From: an uncultured Pseudomonadales bacterium
Lineage (GTDB): Bacteria > Patescibacteriota > Microgenomatia > UBA1400 > PJMF01
Assembly (NCBI GenBank): GCA_964432115.1
Contig: CAYSMC010000024.1
Span: 1-62,020 of the forward strand
Length of the DNA stretch: 62,020 bases
Direction: 5' to 3'
Below the pieces are notes generated by a model. It made no database searches. It was not told the origin of the DNA and saw only the letters and a list, made by a program, of their open reading frames with translations. The position numbers were made by a program, and so were the translations under genes. Positions 47,169 through 58,079 of the stretch are shown one piece after another (positions within the stretch are counted from its first letter, which is position 1; the number at the start of each line of letters is the position of its first letter).

Positions 47169-48107
47169 GTGTCAAAAGCTAATTTTGCTTTAATTATCCA
47201 CGCACTTCTGCTTTCTCTTTTTATTTTAGCTATTTTTGTGTATTGGTTTGCTATTTTGGATCGCGAGCTAATTTTTCTTTATGGACACATGGGTCATGCT
47301 GGCTTGGCTGATTTTAATATTTCTCGACATTGGATGACAGGTTTGGTAGTGGGGGAAATGGTTTTAGTTATTTATCTACCACTTAACTTCATCTTAAAAA
47401 AGTTTTTTAAACACTATCAATTTCCTGACTGGGCAAATTTGAGTTGTTATCTTTGTCTATATTTATCGCTACCCTTATTTATTTTACTAAACTTTGTTGC
47501 CAAGCCAACCTTACCTTTTTTACTTAATTTCTGGATTTTTCTAATTTTGTTTTTGGCCTTGCGCCTGACTTTATATTTGACTAATTTAGCGCTTAAAAAT
47601 TTAAAGTATTTTATTTGGGTGACTATTAATGCTTTTTCACTCCTGCCGGTGCTCATGATTGTGCCAACGCTCATGCAATATGGCTTGAAGCGTTCTTTTC
47701 CACTGTTTGGTCTTTTTGTGTTATTGCCTTTAGCAATGATGTTCTTGGGTTGGCTGTGGTTTAGTTTTATGACGCTGATTTCAAAGCGCTTTAAGCAACC
47801 TAAACCAAGTTCGCTACACTTGCTTTTATCTGCGTTGGAGAGTGCTTATCTCTTTTTTCCTTTTTTGCATTATTTTTCTTCCAATCCGGGACAAACTTTA
47901 TATATTACTAATAGTGATAATTTTTTTGCTAGTAACCCACTAATTCAGTCAGCAGTTTTTATATTGACTTTAATTTTGCTAAAAATCTTTATGAGACTGC
48001 GCAGACAGAGTAGTAGTGATGATTTCCGTTCCACGCTCAAACTGTTTATGCTTTTATTAGTTTTAGTTTTAATTAATTTTTGTTTGCGTCAACTTCTAGT
48101 TATTTAG
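47169..48107 (+). CDS. Polytopic membrane protein
   Basis: About 8 hydrophobic segments; GTG 7 nt after TGcTACACT. Confidence 0.75.
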   Translation: MSKANFALIIHALLLSLFILAIFVYWFAILDRELIFLYGHMGHAGLADFNISRHWMTGLVVGEMVLVIYLPLNFILKKFFKHYQFPDWANLSCYLCLYLSLPLFILLNFVAKPTLPFLLNFWIFLILFLALRLTLYLTNLALKNLKYFIWVTINAFSLLPVLMIVPTLMQYGLKRSFPLFGLFVLLPLAMMFLGWLWFSFMTLISKRFKQPKPSSLHLLLSALESAYLFFPFLHYFSSNPGQTLYITNSDNFFASNPLIQSAVFILTLILLKIFMRLRRQSSSDDFRSTLKLFMLLLVLVLINFCLRQLLVI

Positions 48108-48178
48108 TTTTGTTTTTAACTTGACAAGGTAAAAAGCTCAAGTTTATTATGAATATATAGCAATTAAAGAAAATTTTT

Positions 48179-49372
48179 ATGCCCAAAACCCCTCGTCCCA
48201 AACTAGCTATTTTATTTACTCCTATGATCATTTTTATCATGGTTTCAGCACTGATCATGCTAGTTGTTACTTATTGGCGGAATAGTCAATCAGCAATTAA
48301 TGGGATCTTATTATTGAGTGAAAACACTGGTGATATTTCTGGTTATTATAAGTGGGAAGAGGTTTTGGATACTAAAGATTTTAAGGCAATTATTAAGCCA
48401 GAGCGTAGTGTTTTGGAGAAATATCCTGATTATTTTCGTAATTTAGCGGCTAAAGGTTATGAAGTGGCGACTGGTTATGGTGAAGCACCATTTTGGCACA
48501 TGCCTTATGAGGAACAGTATGCAATTATGAAAGAGTATAAGGAATCTGCTGAAGCAATTTTGGGCCAGCCAATTAAAATTTTTAGTTCCAAATATTTTAC
48601 CTATGATGAAAATACTCTCAAGGCTGCTGATGCTTTGGGCATTCCTTACATTCTTGGTCGAGGTAGTGACATTAGAGCAGTCATCTATGCCCCCCAGGAG
48701 TATCAAGCCAAAATTTTGTCTGTTTCCAACTTGGTTTTTGGTGAAATGGGTTCGGGTTCATTGTGTGATGTCAGTTTATATCAGCGCGGTTCCACCGCCG
48801 AAGATTTTGCTCGTGTTGTGCAGGAAAGTATTGACCAACAACCTCGAGATATGGTTTTAGTCTCACATGTTTATATTGGCGGCACTCGAGTTGGTTGGTG
48901 GGATGTTTATGAGGAGGCCATTAATTCTAAACAGGTTAAATGGCAGAGTTTTGATGATTGGGCAACCTCTGCGCAGGTGATTAGTCAACCCTATAGTGAA
49001 ATTCCTTTTAATGACGAGGTGAAATATGTTGAACCTCAACCCGCCGTCCCGTTGGAAGAAATTGAACTTTTGCCAGAACTACAAAAAAACACTCTTAAAG
49101 TTTTTCATAATGGTCAAGGCGAGATGTGTTTACAATTTTTGGAATTTGCTGAAACTATCGATTATCCTATTGAAGAGCATTTAGTTACGGATGAAGATTT
49201 TTATGCTCTATTGACTAAATATCAAAATCAGTTTGGTCAGAGTAGCGGAGTATCTGAAGAGTTTGCTTACTATCCGATCATTTTTATTAATGACCAGGCG
49301 TTTAGTGGTTTTAATGATGAGGTTCAAACCGCTATTGTGCAAGAAATTGAGATAAACTTGGAGCCTTCATAA
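48179..49372 (+). CDS. Polysaccharide deacetylase-like protein with C-terminal glutaredoxin-like domain
   Basis: TM; NodB-like KGYEVA..YEEQY..YDENTLKAADALG; C-terminal YPIIFINDQAFSGF. Confidence 0.6.
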   Translation: MPKTPRPKLAILFTPMIIFIMVSALIMLVVTYWRNSQSAINGILLLSENTGDISGYYKWEEVLDTKDFKAIIKPERSVLEKYPDYFRNLAAKGYEVATGYGEAPFWHMPYEEQYAIMKEYKESAEAILGQPIKIFSSKYFTYDENTLKAADALGIPYILGRGSDIRAVIYAPQEYQAKILSVSNLVFGEMGSGSLCDVSLYQRGSTAEDFARVVQESIDQQPRDMVLVSHVYIGGTRVGWWDVYEEAINSKQVKWQSFDDWATSAQVISQPYSEIPFNDEVKYVEPQPAVPLEEIELLPELQKNTLKVFHNGQGEMCLQFLEFAETIDYPIEEHLVTDEDFYALLTKYQNQFGQSSGVSEEFAYYPIIFINDQAFSGFNDEVQTAIVQEIEINLEPS

Positions 49373-50273
49373 TTTTTAACAACTCATTTTGTTTATGAGG
49401 AAAAAGATGGTGCATTTTTTCAGGTGTCCACTGACCATCTTTATTAAAATACATCTTTTCAGCTTCTTGAGGATTAATTTCAAAATCTCTTAAAAATTTT
49501 ATCCAAGCGATGCTCTCATCAGTACCAGCCAGAATAATGGATATTCTAAAAGCACTCGTGCCTTTTTCTTTATAGGTGGCTAGAGCAGTATAATAATGAG
49601 TAGCTGCTTCATCAAATTGTTCTAGGAAAAAATTACTGCTACTTAGAACATGTAAGCATTCATGATAAATGATTGCCCATAAAGTTTTTTTTAACATCTC
49701 TGCTTTAAGCTCCTCACCATCAGACTCCTTTTTTTTAAATACTATGTTGTTTAATGATTTATCGGTTATTCTTGTATGAAATGGAATAAAATCAGCTAAA
49801 AACTCAATCATTTTCTCCCGATCATCTGGTAGGCTAAATTGTTTTCTTTTAATTAGTTTGTAAATTGCGATTAATTTGGGATCAGTAATGTCATTTGCTA
49901 TCAGTTCTTGATTAAATAAAATTAACCCCTTTCTTAATGTCATCGCATAATTAGATTGCATATTAATTTCACTACTATAAGTGTTAGTGAAAGTTACGAA
50001 ATCATCATTGTTAAGGAAAAAGGCTTTTTTATTGCCCAGTAATGAAAAATATGTTTGTGATAATTGACTGGCTTTATCAAAATAATCTTTAGTTACCACT
50101 TGATAAGCATCTTGGAAAACTTGTTGCCGGTCTAGATCAAGTAATTCTGGTGCTTCATTAAAATTGCTAATTAGATCATAAGCCAAAGAATCCATTTGTG
50201 CTTTATGAGCAAGCACGCTGTTATAACTCGCTAATTCTTGATCTTCTTCTTGTTGATCTTTTTGAATAGCCAT
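49332..50273 (-). CDS. Putative zinc metallopeptidase (HExxH)
   Basis: YHECLH followed by FDEAAT (gluzincin-like spacing). Confidence 0.6.
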   Translation of the reverse strand: MAIQKDQQEEDQELASYNSVLAHKAQMDSLAYDLISNFNEAPELLDLDRQQVFQDAYQVVTKDYFDKASQLSQTYFSLLGNKKAFFLNNDDFVTFTNTYSSEINMQSNYAMTLRKGLILFNQELIANDITDPKLIAIYKLIKRKQFSLPDDREKMIEFLADFIPFHTRITDKSLNNIVFKKKESDGEELKAEMLKKTLWAIIYHECLHVLSSSNFFLEQFDEAATHYYTALATYKEKGTSAFRISIILAGTDESIAWIKFLRDFEINPQEAEKMYFNKDGQWTPEKMHHLFPHKQNELLKIMKAPSLSQFLAQ

Positions 50274-50515
50274 AATTAATTCTTAACTCAATTATAAATT
50301 AACAATGCTTGATATAGTAGTATTAAGTTGGGTTTGTTAGATTGGCACTAAAACTTTGGATTAGATTGTCAAATATACAAAGAATCTAACAAATTAGCAC
50401 AAGAAGATTAAGCTTTAACCGCTAAATTTTCCCGAGATAAAAAATTGCTTGAAAGAAAAATAGCTTTTTTTTGGTATTACAGTTAGATACAAGTTGTAAA
50501 CAGAAAGGAGGTAAA

Positions 50516-50908
50516 ATGTTAAAAAAGCAAATAATTTCCCTAGGAGTGCTAAGTCTATTGACCACTGGAGTTTTTTTATTCCCCAAAGTCGCTGATGCTT
50601 ATCGTGGTGACCCTAGTATTGAGGGTCCAAATTGCACTGCTGAACGACATGAGGCTATGACTACTGCTTTTGCCAATCTTGATTATTCAGCTTGGCAAGA
50701 ACTAATGAGTGGTCGAGGCAGAGTAGCGGAAGTGGTTAACGAAGAAAATTTTGCTAGGTTTGCAGAGGCTTATCAATTAACTCAAGAAGGTAAAGTTGAA
50801 GAAGCTAAACAAATTAGGGCAGAATTAGGTTTGGGACTTGGCAATGGTGCTGGCGTAGGTCAAGGTGCTAGTGAAGGTCAAGGTCAGATGAAACGTTACA
50901 ATCGCTAA
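50516..50908 (+). CDS. Secreted small protein with Gly-rich tail
   Basis: AGGAGG SD before ATG 50516; signal peptide ending VADA. Confidence 0.75.
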   Translation: MLKKQIISLGVLSLLTTGVFLFPKVADAYRGDPSIEGPNCTAERHEAMTTAFANLDYSAWQELMSGRGRVAEVVNEENFARFAEAYQLTQEGKVEEAKQIRAELGLGLGNGAGVGQGASEGQGQMKRYNR

Positions 50909-50920
50909 ACGCTTTGTTCA

Positions 50921-50956
50921 AAAAAAGCCCTTTTATTTGTTTAAGTGGGCTTTTTG
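50921..50956. terminator. Intrinsic terminator
   Basis: AAAAAAGCCC...GGGCTTTTTT. Confidence 0.6.
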
Positions 50957-51001
50957 ACTTTTTAGCCAGAATTAAATATATAATAGTTGTGATTAATAGT
51001 T

Positions 51002-51547
51002 ATGATAGATTATAAAAAATTAGCTGATGAAGAGCTAGTGAGCTTGGTCAGAGATCAAGATCAGGAACTATATCGTTACTTGATTGATCGTTATCAGGCT
51101 AAATTATTGCGTTACGCTGTCTATTTAACTGATGATGATCGGGCAGCAGACGTAGTACAGGAGGCTTTTATTAAAGCTTTTGTTAATTTGCAATCTTTTA
51201 ATACAAAAAAAAAGTTTAGTAGTTGGTTGTATCGTATTACGCACAATGAAGCGATGAATATACTAAATCACCATAAACAAGAAGTATCTATCCTACAAGA
51301 TGTCGATTTTGCCAGCGAGATTGATTTGGAAGATGATTTGATTAAAAAAGAATTGGTAAGTCGGGCTAAAAAATGTTTGGCGCAAATGCCAGTTATTTAT
51401 AAAGAGGTTTTGACCCTCTATTATTTGGAAGAGCAATCTTATGAGGAAATTGGTGATATTTTACGAATAGCTATTGGCACGGTTGGTACCAGACTAAATC
51501 GGGCTAAAATTATTATGAAAAAAATATGTCAAAAACAAAAAAAGTAG
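51002..51547 (+). CDS. ECF RNA polymerase sigma factor
   Basis: DVVQEAFIKA, FSSWLYRITHN, SYEEIGDIL..GTVGTRLNRA. Confidence 0.95.
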   Translation: MIDYKKLADEELVSLVRDQDQELYRYLIDRYQAKLLRYAVYLTDDDRAADVVQEAFIKAFVNLQSFNTKKKFSSWLYRITHNEAMNILNHHKQEVSILQDVDFASEIDLEDDLIKKELVSRAKKCLAQMPVIYKEVLTLYYLEEQSYEEIGDILRIAIGTVGTRLNRAKIIMKKICQKQKK

Positions 51548-52083
51548 AAATACAGAAAACATCAGCGCAACAAACTAGCAATTTTAGTCAAAAAATTATG
51601 GCTAAGGTGAAAGCAGGTGAAATTAACATGAAACCTAAATGGCATTTTGTTTTGGGTTCTAGTTTACTGTTTTTTGCTGTAGTGCTTTTAATAGTATTAG
51701 CAGTTTTTCTTTTTAATTTAACTTTATTTATCTTGCGTCGTCAGGGACCGATGCAACTCTGGCGTTTAGAAGTGCTTGTTAGTAATTTACCATTGTGGAT
51801 ACCGGTTTTAGCCATTGTTGCATTGTGGGGCGGAATTAAATTATTAAAAAAATATGATTTTGCTTATAAGAAGAATTTTTTACTAATTATTGCTAGTTTG
51901 GTGATGGCAATTGTTTTAGCCGCATGGGCTATTGATAGTTTGGGATTTAATGAATTTTGGTCAAGAAAAGAACCGATGCGCCGTTTTTACCAAAATTTAG
52001 ATTCAGCTATTAGGGATAATGAAAGTAGAAATTTTGAAAATACACCAAAAAAAGGTAACGGCAAACAATTTTTATTAAATTAA
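51526..52083 (+). CDS. Putative membrane anti-sigma factor
   Basis: Overlaps ECF sigma; FSQKIM motif then 3 TMs. Confidence 0.6.
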   Translation: MSKTKKVEIQKTSAQQTSNFSQKIMAKVKAGEINMKPKWHFVLGSSLLFFAVVLLIVLAVFLFNLTLFILRRQGPMQLWRLEVLVSNLPLWIPVLAIVALWGGIKLLKKYDFAYKKNFLLIIASLVMAIVLAAWAIDSLGFNEFWSRKEPMRRFYQNLDSAIRDNESRNFENTPKKGNGKQFLLN

Positions 52084-52108
52084 CGAACTTACTAAATTAA
52101 CAAACTTG

Positions 52109-52723
52109 CTAAACGAGTAGATTAGTTAGTAAATTTAAAATGGGGCCAAGTAGCTGAACCACTGCAGATTGACCATTAAAAATAGGTAAAATTAGAAATA
52201 ACAAAATAAACTGACCATAACGTTCCATAGTTACTTCATATTCAAGACTACTTTCTCTGGGTAAAATGGCTCTCATGATCTTTCCACCATCGAGTGGGTA
52301 AACTGGTAGCAGATTGAATAAGGCCAAGGCAAGATTAATGTGAATTAAAAATTCAGCAAATACGGTAATTAAATCATTACCAATTAAGCGATTTAGTAAA
52401 GCTAATAAAAGAGCAATTAAAATATTAGTGAGTGGTCCGGCAACAGCAATAATAGCGGTGTCGCGGATAGGAGATTTAAGATTATAAGGGTCGTAGGGGG
52501 CCGCCTTGCCCCAGCCAAAACCAGTCAAGATGATAAGCACAGTCCCCAGTGGATCTAGATGAGCGCGTGGATCAAACGTCAGGCGGCCCCTCACTCTTGG
52601 AGTGGGATCGCCCAATTTATCAGTGACATAGCAGTGTGCCGCCTCATGCAAGCTAATAGATAATAACAAGCCAATTAAAATTAAAAAGAAAGCTAATGGA
52701 TTGCTAAACAATAATCCGAGCAT
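52109..52723 (-). CDS. Site-2 protease (M50)
   Basis: HEAAH, GDPTP, AGP, FNLLPVYPLDGG. Confidence 0.93.
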   Translation of the reverse strand: MLGLLFSNPLAFFLILIGLLLSISLHEAAHCYVTDKLGDPTPRVRGRLTFDPRAHLDPLGTVLIILTGFGWGKAAPYDPYNLKSPIRDTAIIAVAGPLTNILIALLLALLNRLIGNDLITVFAEFLIHINLALALFNLLPVYPLDGGKIMRAILPRESSLEYEVTMERYGQFILLFLILPIFNGQSAVVQLLGPILNLLTNLLV

Positions 52724-52817
52724 TGTTCTATTTTACTATATATAGCAAATGGTCAATACTAGTTTTTAAACTTGAGCTAATTGCAGAAAGGATCGCTCCA
52801 TGTTAAAATTCCTTTCT

Positions 52818-53048
52818 ATGAAAAAAGCTCAAATTAGTCAGCTAGTCAAGAAATTTCCCAAAGTATCTCATACTGGACATAACGTTTCTCACGCCAAAAA
52901 CAGAACTAAGCGTCAATTTAAATATAATTTACACTCAGTCACCGTCGTGTTAGATGGGGTTAAGAAAAAAATTAGAGTACCCACTAGTCAGTTGCGCCAG
53001 TTAAAAAAAGCTGGTTTAACTACTCATTATCAAAAACCGACTGAATAA
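52818..53048 (+). CDS. rpmB: 50S ribosomal protein L28
   Basis: GHNVSHAKNRTKRQFKYNL. Confidence 0.9.
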   Translation: MKKAQISQLVKKFPKVSHTGHNVSHAKNRTKRQFKYNLHSVTVVLDGVKKKIRVPTSQLRQLKKAGLTTHYQKPTE

Positions 53049-53050
53049 TT

Positions 53051-54127
53051 TTATTTAATCAGATTTTTCAGCTGTTTAAACTGGCATGGTTCTTTACCAG
53101 CCACTTGCACTTTTTTGAGAACCAAGCGTTGACCACTCAGCAATTTTTCTATTTTACAACTAAGAATTTTTAATCTTTGATCACCTTTGTGAGTAGGTAC
53201 AATTGTCCACAATCCAGGCCAAGGTTGAAAAGCTTGGCACGCATTTTTGACAAATTGCATTTGTTCTAAAATAGTGAGTGGGTAATTGCCTAAAATTCCC
53301 TGACCAGCCAGTAATTGGCTTAAGAGTGCTTCTTTTTGACTACTCAAAGACGACTTATTTTCACTTAGAGAATGTACTTGAGTTGTTGGTGTAAGAGTTG
53401 TAAGTTTTTTTAATTGTGACCAAGGCAGATAAGCATCTGTTTTACTCAAGCGTTGAGCGAAGGGGGTGGGTGATGGTTTGGGTTGGGGAACACTGGCTAA
53501 TTGACCCTCAACAAATTGCTTAATGTTTTTGACCAAAGATTTATTAATCAGTTGAAAAGCATATTGATAATATTCTGTTAATGTCCAATCTTCTTGGATA
53601 GTGAATTTTTTCTGAACAATAATATCGCCAGCATCGAGTTCTTGACTAACAGTCATCAGCGTGACGGCAGTTTGTGTACCACTAATTGTTTGTTCTTGCC
53701 AGGGTCGTTGAAAATCTTTAAATAAGATAGCAAATTGGCCAGGAGAACTACCGCGCCAACGTGGCAACAGAGAAGGATGAATATTAAGCGCATCAATTTT
53801 AGGAAAAGCTAAAAGCCAATCGGGCACAAAATAACCAAAATCAACTATTAATAGTATATCAACTTCTTGAGCGCGGATTTGTTTCTTAAGCTGAAGATTT
53901 TTGAGATTGTCTGGAACTAAAAATGTGTTAATTTTTTCTGCCTTGGCCCATTGGGCGAGAGGATTAATAGTTAATAATTGGCTGCGACCCACTTTTTTAG
54001 GTGGTGGGGTTAGTATCCACCTTAGATCAAAGATTGGACTTTTGGCCAATCTTTCAGCAATTATTTGACTATAGTGAGTTGATCCAGCGATAGCCAAACG
54101 ATAAGTTTTGGAAAGTCGAGTGGTCAT
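53051..54127 (-). CDS. fmt: Methionyl-tRNA formyltransferase
   Basis: NIHPSLLPRWRGSSP, LDAGDI, AFQPWPG; adjacent to def. Confidence 0.9.
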   Translation of the reverse strand: MTTRLSKTYRLAIAGSTHYSQIIAERLAKSPIFDLRWILTPPPKKVGRSQLLTINPLAQWAKAEKINTFLVPDNLKNLQLKKQIRAQEVDILLIVDFGYFVPDWLLAFPKIDALNIHPSLLPRWRGSSPGQFAILFKDFQRPWQEQTISGTQTAVTLMTVSQELDAGDIIVQKKFTIQEDWTLTEYYQYAFQLINKSLVKNIKQFVEGQLASVPQPKPSPTPFAQRLSKTDAYLPWSQLKKLTTLTPTTQVHSLSENKSSLSSQKEALLSQLLAGQGILGNYPLTILEQMQFVKNACQAFQPWPGLWTIVPTHKGDQRLKILSCKIEKLLSGQRLVLKKVQVAGKEPCQFKQLKNLIK

Positions 54128-54140
54128 GTTAATCTTTGAT

Positions 54141-54737
54141 TTAAAAATTTGCTAAAATTTCTCGATCTTCAAGCTCTACCCACTGATCCTGTTCAATAAT
54201 GTAGGCTGGTAAATCGTTTTCTAAGAGATGGTCGGTAAATAAAATGCCCTGTAGATGATCATATTCATGTTGAATTACCCTGGCCAGAAAATCTTGATAT
54301 TTTTCTTTTATTTTGACTACTTGTCCCTGTTGATTGATCTTTTGATATTCAATTTCTACCCATTCCCAACGAGGTACGGGGCCATAAATTTTGGGAATTG
54401 ATAAACAACCTTCAAAATGCTCACTTTCTTTGAGCAATATCTTGTTTTGGCTATGAGCCGTAATCTGGGGATTGATAAAAGCTATCAATTGTTCTGGTTT
54501 TTGTCTTTTGTTGTCCTTTGCGTCTTGCTGGCCTCGATTGCGTCCAGAAGGGCGTATGATAAAGATTTGCCAAGATTTATTGACTTGAGGGGCAGCTAAA
54601 CCCACTCCTTCAGGATCTTTTTCTAGTAGTAGTTGTTGTTTAAGGCGTTCTGTAAATTTTATGAGTCGTTTGTCAAATTTTTCGACTGAATTAGCCACCC
54701 GACGCAAAGTTGGATGGGGAGCACTAATAACTTTCAT
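54141..54737 (-). CDS. def: Peptide deformylase
   Basis: GVGLAAPQV, EGCLS, QHEYDHLQG; start ATG 54737. Confidence 0.95.
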   Translation of the reverse strand: MKVISAPHPTLRRVANSVEKFDKRLIKFTERLKQQLLLEKDPEGVGLAAPQVNKSWQIFIIRPSGRNRGQQDAKDNKRQKPEQLIAFINPQITAHSQNKILLKESEHFEGCLSIPKIYGPVPRWEWVEIEYQKINQQGQVVKIKEKYQDFLARVIQHEYDHLQGILFTDHLLENDLPAYIIEQDQWVELEDREILANF

Positions 54738-54783
54738 GGAAATATTATACCCCAAAAGGCTTGTTTTATTAATCTTTATTCTT

Positions 54784-56919
54784 TTATTCTACAGTTTGCG
54801 CTGCTAGGGCTTGTTTCGCCAAATTGTTGTTTGGGTCGATCTTATCCAATATGTATTGATAATAATTTGTGGCTTCAGCTGTTTTGCCTTGTAAATCTAA
54901 AATTTGACCGAGAGCGAAGTAAGCTTGCCAATAATTAGCTTTGAGAGCTATGGTTTCTTCCAAGATTTTAATGGCCTGTTCTTGATTACCTAGTTTTTCT
55001 TCCACCAAAGCTAAATTATAGTAAAGTTTAGCTTCACTAGGTGACAGCGCAATCGCTTTTAGCAGACTATCTTTGGCAACCTGATAAAACCCATCATCAA
55101 GTTGGGCTAATCTGATGAAAATTTTTGCTCGACTTTTATGAAAATTAAGATGTACCGGATTAAGTTTTTGTACAAAATTGCTGGTTTCAATGGCTGCCTC
55201 AGCAAATTTAGCACTATTAGTTGCTTGGCCATCCTTAGCAAAATCTATGGCTAGAATACTATATTGGCTGGCTAATTCATCATAAAATAAAGCTTCTTGG
55301 GGAGATTGTTCAATGGCGTTTTGTATTAAGCTTAGACCAGTTTGCCAGTTACCGTCTTGGATATGATTTTTGGCATTATAAAAAAGATAATCTGCTCGCC
55401 AGATTCGCCAGAGAGCCATATTGCTTGCGATTACTATTGATAATAGAGCGACTATAAGCAGATATTGTGGCCAATGCAGGCTTTCTTTTTTAATCTTGGG
55501 CCAAATTATCTCTTCTTTGACGATCGCTGCAGCAAAAATGCTAAAGAGTAAATTACTAGTCACTGTCGAAAAACCGAAGAAATTACTAATAAACATGGCT
55601 ACGAGCGCACTCGCTAAAGCAATTTTTTGACTGCTTAGGTGTTTTTTTTGCCATTGTTTAAACAGAAAAATAAATAAGGCCACAAATAAATTAAGATAGC
55701 TAATTAAACCAACCAGCCCGGTGGTGGCCAAGAAATTTAACAATTCATTGTGTGCTTTATTGTATAAAAAATCCCATTCTGAGAGGAGATTATGCGCCAC
55801 CGGTCGATCTTGATAATAACTATAAGCAAATGTTTCCATTCCTGAGCCAAAAATGGGGTAACGTTGCCAAACTTTCCAAGCGCCTTCCCAAACTACTTTT
55901 CGAATATCGCTCGATTTAGAACCACCTGCTTCAACGTTGGAACTTGTTGGCTCTGTACTCATTTCACTTGTGACATCCAAACCTTCGGTCAGAGAACTTA
56001 AGATAGACTGATTGGCTTGAGTCAAACTTAAGTTTTGTCCAAAAATCATCAAGGCCACTAATATCAAGCCAATTGGTAACAATAATTGACCTAAATTTAG
56101 TTGTTTTTTAGCTTGATTCTGTAAAAATCGCTGAGCAATTATTTGCATCAGGGTTGCTAAACCAAGGGCTAAAATTCCTGATCGAGATTTGGTAAAAAAT
56201 AGGGCGATAGTTAACAACATTAATAGGAGTGCATAACAAATAATAGCAATTAACTGGTGATTTTCGCGTTTTTTTTGCATTGTTTGCCATAATTGCCAAA
56301 TGACCAGGGGTATAGTCATTAATAAAAAGCTAGCTAGCCAATTGGGTTGCCCAAAAGTGGCAAACACTCGATTTTGTACATCTTGCACCCAACAACTAAC
56401 ATCATATTTGCCAGTTACAATCAAACAGCTAAAAGAATGAGCAAAATGTTCAGGAATGGCATATAAACTAATCAATAAAGCGGCAAACAGTAAGTTTTTT
56501 AACAGTAAGTTCAATTGTTTTTTGTTAAGGTTATATTGAGCAGCGAAAAACAATGAAATATAGCTAATGATTGATAACAAACCACCATTAAACCGAGTGT
56601 AATAACCAAAAATTGAAGTACGCTGATGCATGGAAAAAATGGTGGCTAATAATTGAGAGATCAAAAACAAACCAACAATCAGATTTTGTGTTTTATTTTT
56701 CCATAACAATTTTCCTCTCACTAGAGAACGCAAGCCCCAGACAGCAACAATTAGACTTGTGAGGGCATACACAAAGATCATTTTGTTAAATTCAAACAGT
56801 TCTTGATTAAACCACGTAAAAACAAAGGGAGTAGCAAAAACTAAAATATTAAAAAAAGCAAAAATAATATTATGGAAATAGTCATCAATTTTTTGTCTTG
56901 GACTAGTCATAATGGGCAT
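54784..56919 (-). CDS. O-antigen ligase-like (Wzy_C) membrane protein with C-terminal TPRs
   Basis: FATFGQPNWLA, TKSRSG, IR..W, GSG.ETF, KAHNE; TPR-like tail. Confidence 0.88.
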   Translation of the reverse strand: MPIMTSPRQKIDDYFHNIIFAFFNILVFATPFVFTWFNQELFEFNKMIFVYALTSLIVAVWGLRSLVRGKLLWKNKTQNLIVGLFLISQLLATIFSMHQRTSIFGYYTRFNGGLLSIISYISLFFAAQYNLNKKQLNLLLKNLLFAALLISLYAIPEHFAHSFSCLIVTGKYDVSCWVQDVQNRVFATFGQPNWLASFLLMTIPLVIWQLWQTMQKKRENHQLIAIICYALLLMLLTIALFFTKSRSGILALGLATLMQIIAQRFLQNQAKKQLNLGQLLLPIGLILVALMIFGQNLSLTQANQSILSSLTEGLDVTSEMSTEPTSSNVEAGGSKSSDIRKVVWEGAWKVWQRYPIFGSGMETFAYSYYQDRPVAHNLLSEWDFLYNKAHNELLNFLATTGLVGLISYLNLFVALFIFLFKQWQKKHLSSQKIALASALVAMFISNFFGFSTVTSNLLFSIFAAAIVKEEIIWPKIKKESLHWPQYLLIVALLSIVIASNMALWRIWRADYLFYNAKNHIQDGNWQTGLSLIQNAIEQSPQEALFYDELASQYSILAIDFAKDGQATNSAKFAEAAIETSNFVQKLNPVHLNFHKSRAKIFIRLAQLDDGFYQVAKDSLLKAIALSPSEAKLYYNLALVEEKLGNQEQAIKILEETIALKANYWQAYFALGQILDLQGKTAEATNYYQYILDKIDPNNNLAKQALAAQTVE

Positions 56920-56993
56920 AGTATAACGGATTTTCTGCTTCTTTTTACTCTTAATTTATGTTAAATTAAAGGAGTAAATAAGAAAGCCTGCCT

Positions 56994-58058
56994 ATGACCA
57001 ATATTCAAGATAATCAAAATCCTAAAGCTAAACCCAGCCAAGCTGAGGTTGATGAGTTATTAAAGCAACTTGAGGCTCTCAATCAAGAAATAGCCGCTAA
57101 AACGGTTGTTGATCAACCCCAATTAGCAGAAAAAAAAGATGAAACCGAAAAATTAGAAGCCCCACCGATTCCACCCGCCATTGACAGCAGTCAAGAAATA
57201 TCATTACCGGTTGGTGATAAAGCTAGTAGTGTTTCACCATCTAATGATCAAGAAACGACTCGAGCAAAAGAGTTAGATTTAGACAGCTTTATCGATGATC
57301 TAGAAGCAAAAATTGCTGAAAAAGACGAAAAAATCCAGGAGGAAGCAACAACCGATCAAGTTAAACCGGTTGAAGAGCAATCTCAGCCACAAGAATCAGC
57401 CGCTGTTGAAGAAAATTTTGCTCGTCAACGACCATCATTAGATTTATCAACTGTGGGAGGAGAAACAACTCCAAGTTTAACTTTAAAGGATGGGCAATTG
57501 GAAGAAAACAAAAGCAAAGAAACACCAAGTTTGACATTAACACCACCACCTGTCGCAGAACCGAAAGCATCTGTCGAACCCGTTACACCAACGCCATCTG
57601 CCAATCAAGGAACAGTTAATGAGGAAAATTTGGAGAGCCAAAATATTTTTACCATGTTGGGTTTAGAAAATTTGGAAGAAACAGAAAAAGAGGCCTTTTT
57701 AGCCGATCTGGAAAAGTTAATTTGGGATAATTTTATTGAAGTTGAATTACCACTATTATTAAATAATGAAGAAAGAACTCAAGCTGAGCAAATTTTAGCT
57801 GATAATTCTAAAACAGAAGACGAACGCAAAGAAGCTCTCTTAGTATATTTAGAAAAATTTGTACCTAATTTGGAAGAAGTAATGTATAAAAAGGCTTTGT
57901 CTCTGAAAAAAGAAATGTTTGAAGAGAGACTCAACAAACTGAGAAATCAGGCCACTGAGAACAATAATTTAAGTCTCATTGCCGATTTAGACCAGATACA
58001 AGAATTAATTGTTGCAAAACGATATAAGACCGCCACAGAACTTTTGAATAAAGCCTAA
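56994..58058 (+). CDS. Acidic low-complexity hypothetical protein
   Basis: Disordered N-terminal half; C-terminal QNIFTMLGL helical domain. Confidence 0.75.
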   Translation: MTNIQDNQNPKAKPSQAEVDELLKQLEALNQEIAAKTVVDQPQLAEKKDETEKLEAPPIPPAIDSSQEISLPVGDKASSVSPSNDQETTRAKELDLDSFIDDLEAKIAEKDEKIQEEATTDQVKPVEEQSQPQESAAVEENFARQRPSLDLSTVGGETTPSLTLKDGQLEENKSKETPSLTLTPPPVAEPKASVEPVTPTPSANQGTVNEENLESQNIFTMLGLENLEETEKEAFLADLEKLIWDNFIEVELPLLLNNEERTQAEQILADNSKTEDERKEALLVYLEKFVPNLEEVMYKKALSLKKEMFEERLNKLRNQATENNNLSLIADLDQIQELIVAKRYKTATELLNKA

Positions 58059-58079
58059 GTTTCTGCTAAGCTTTGATAT

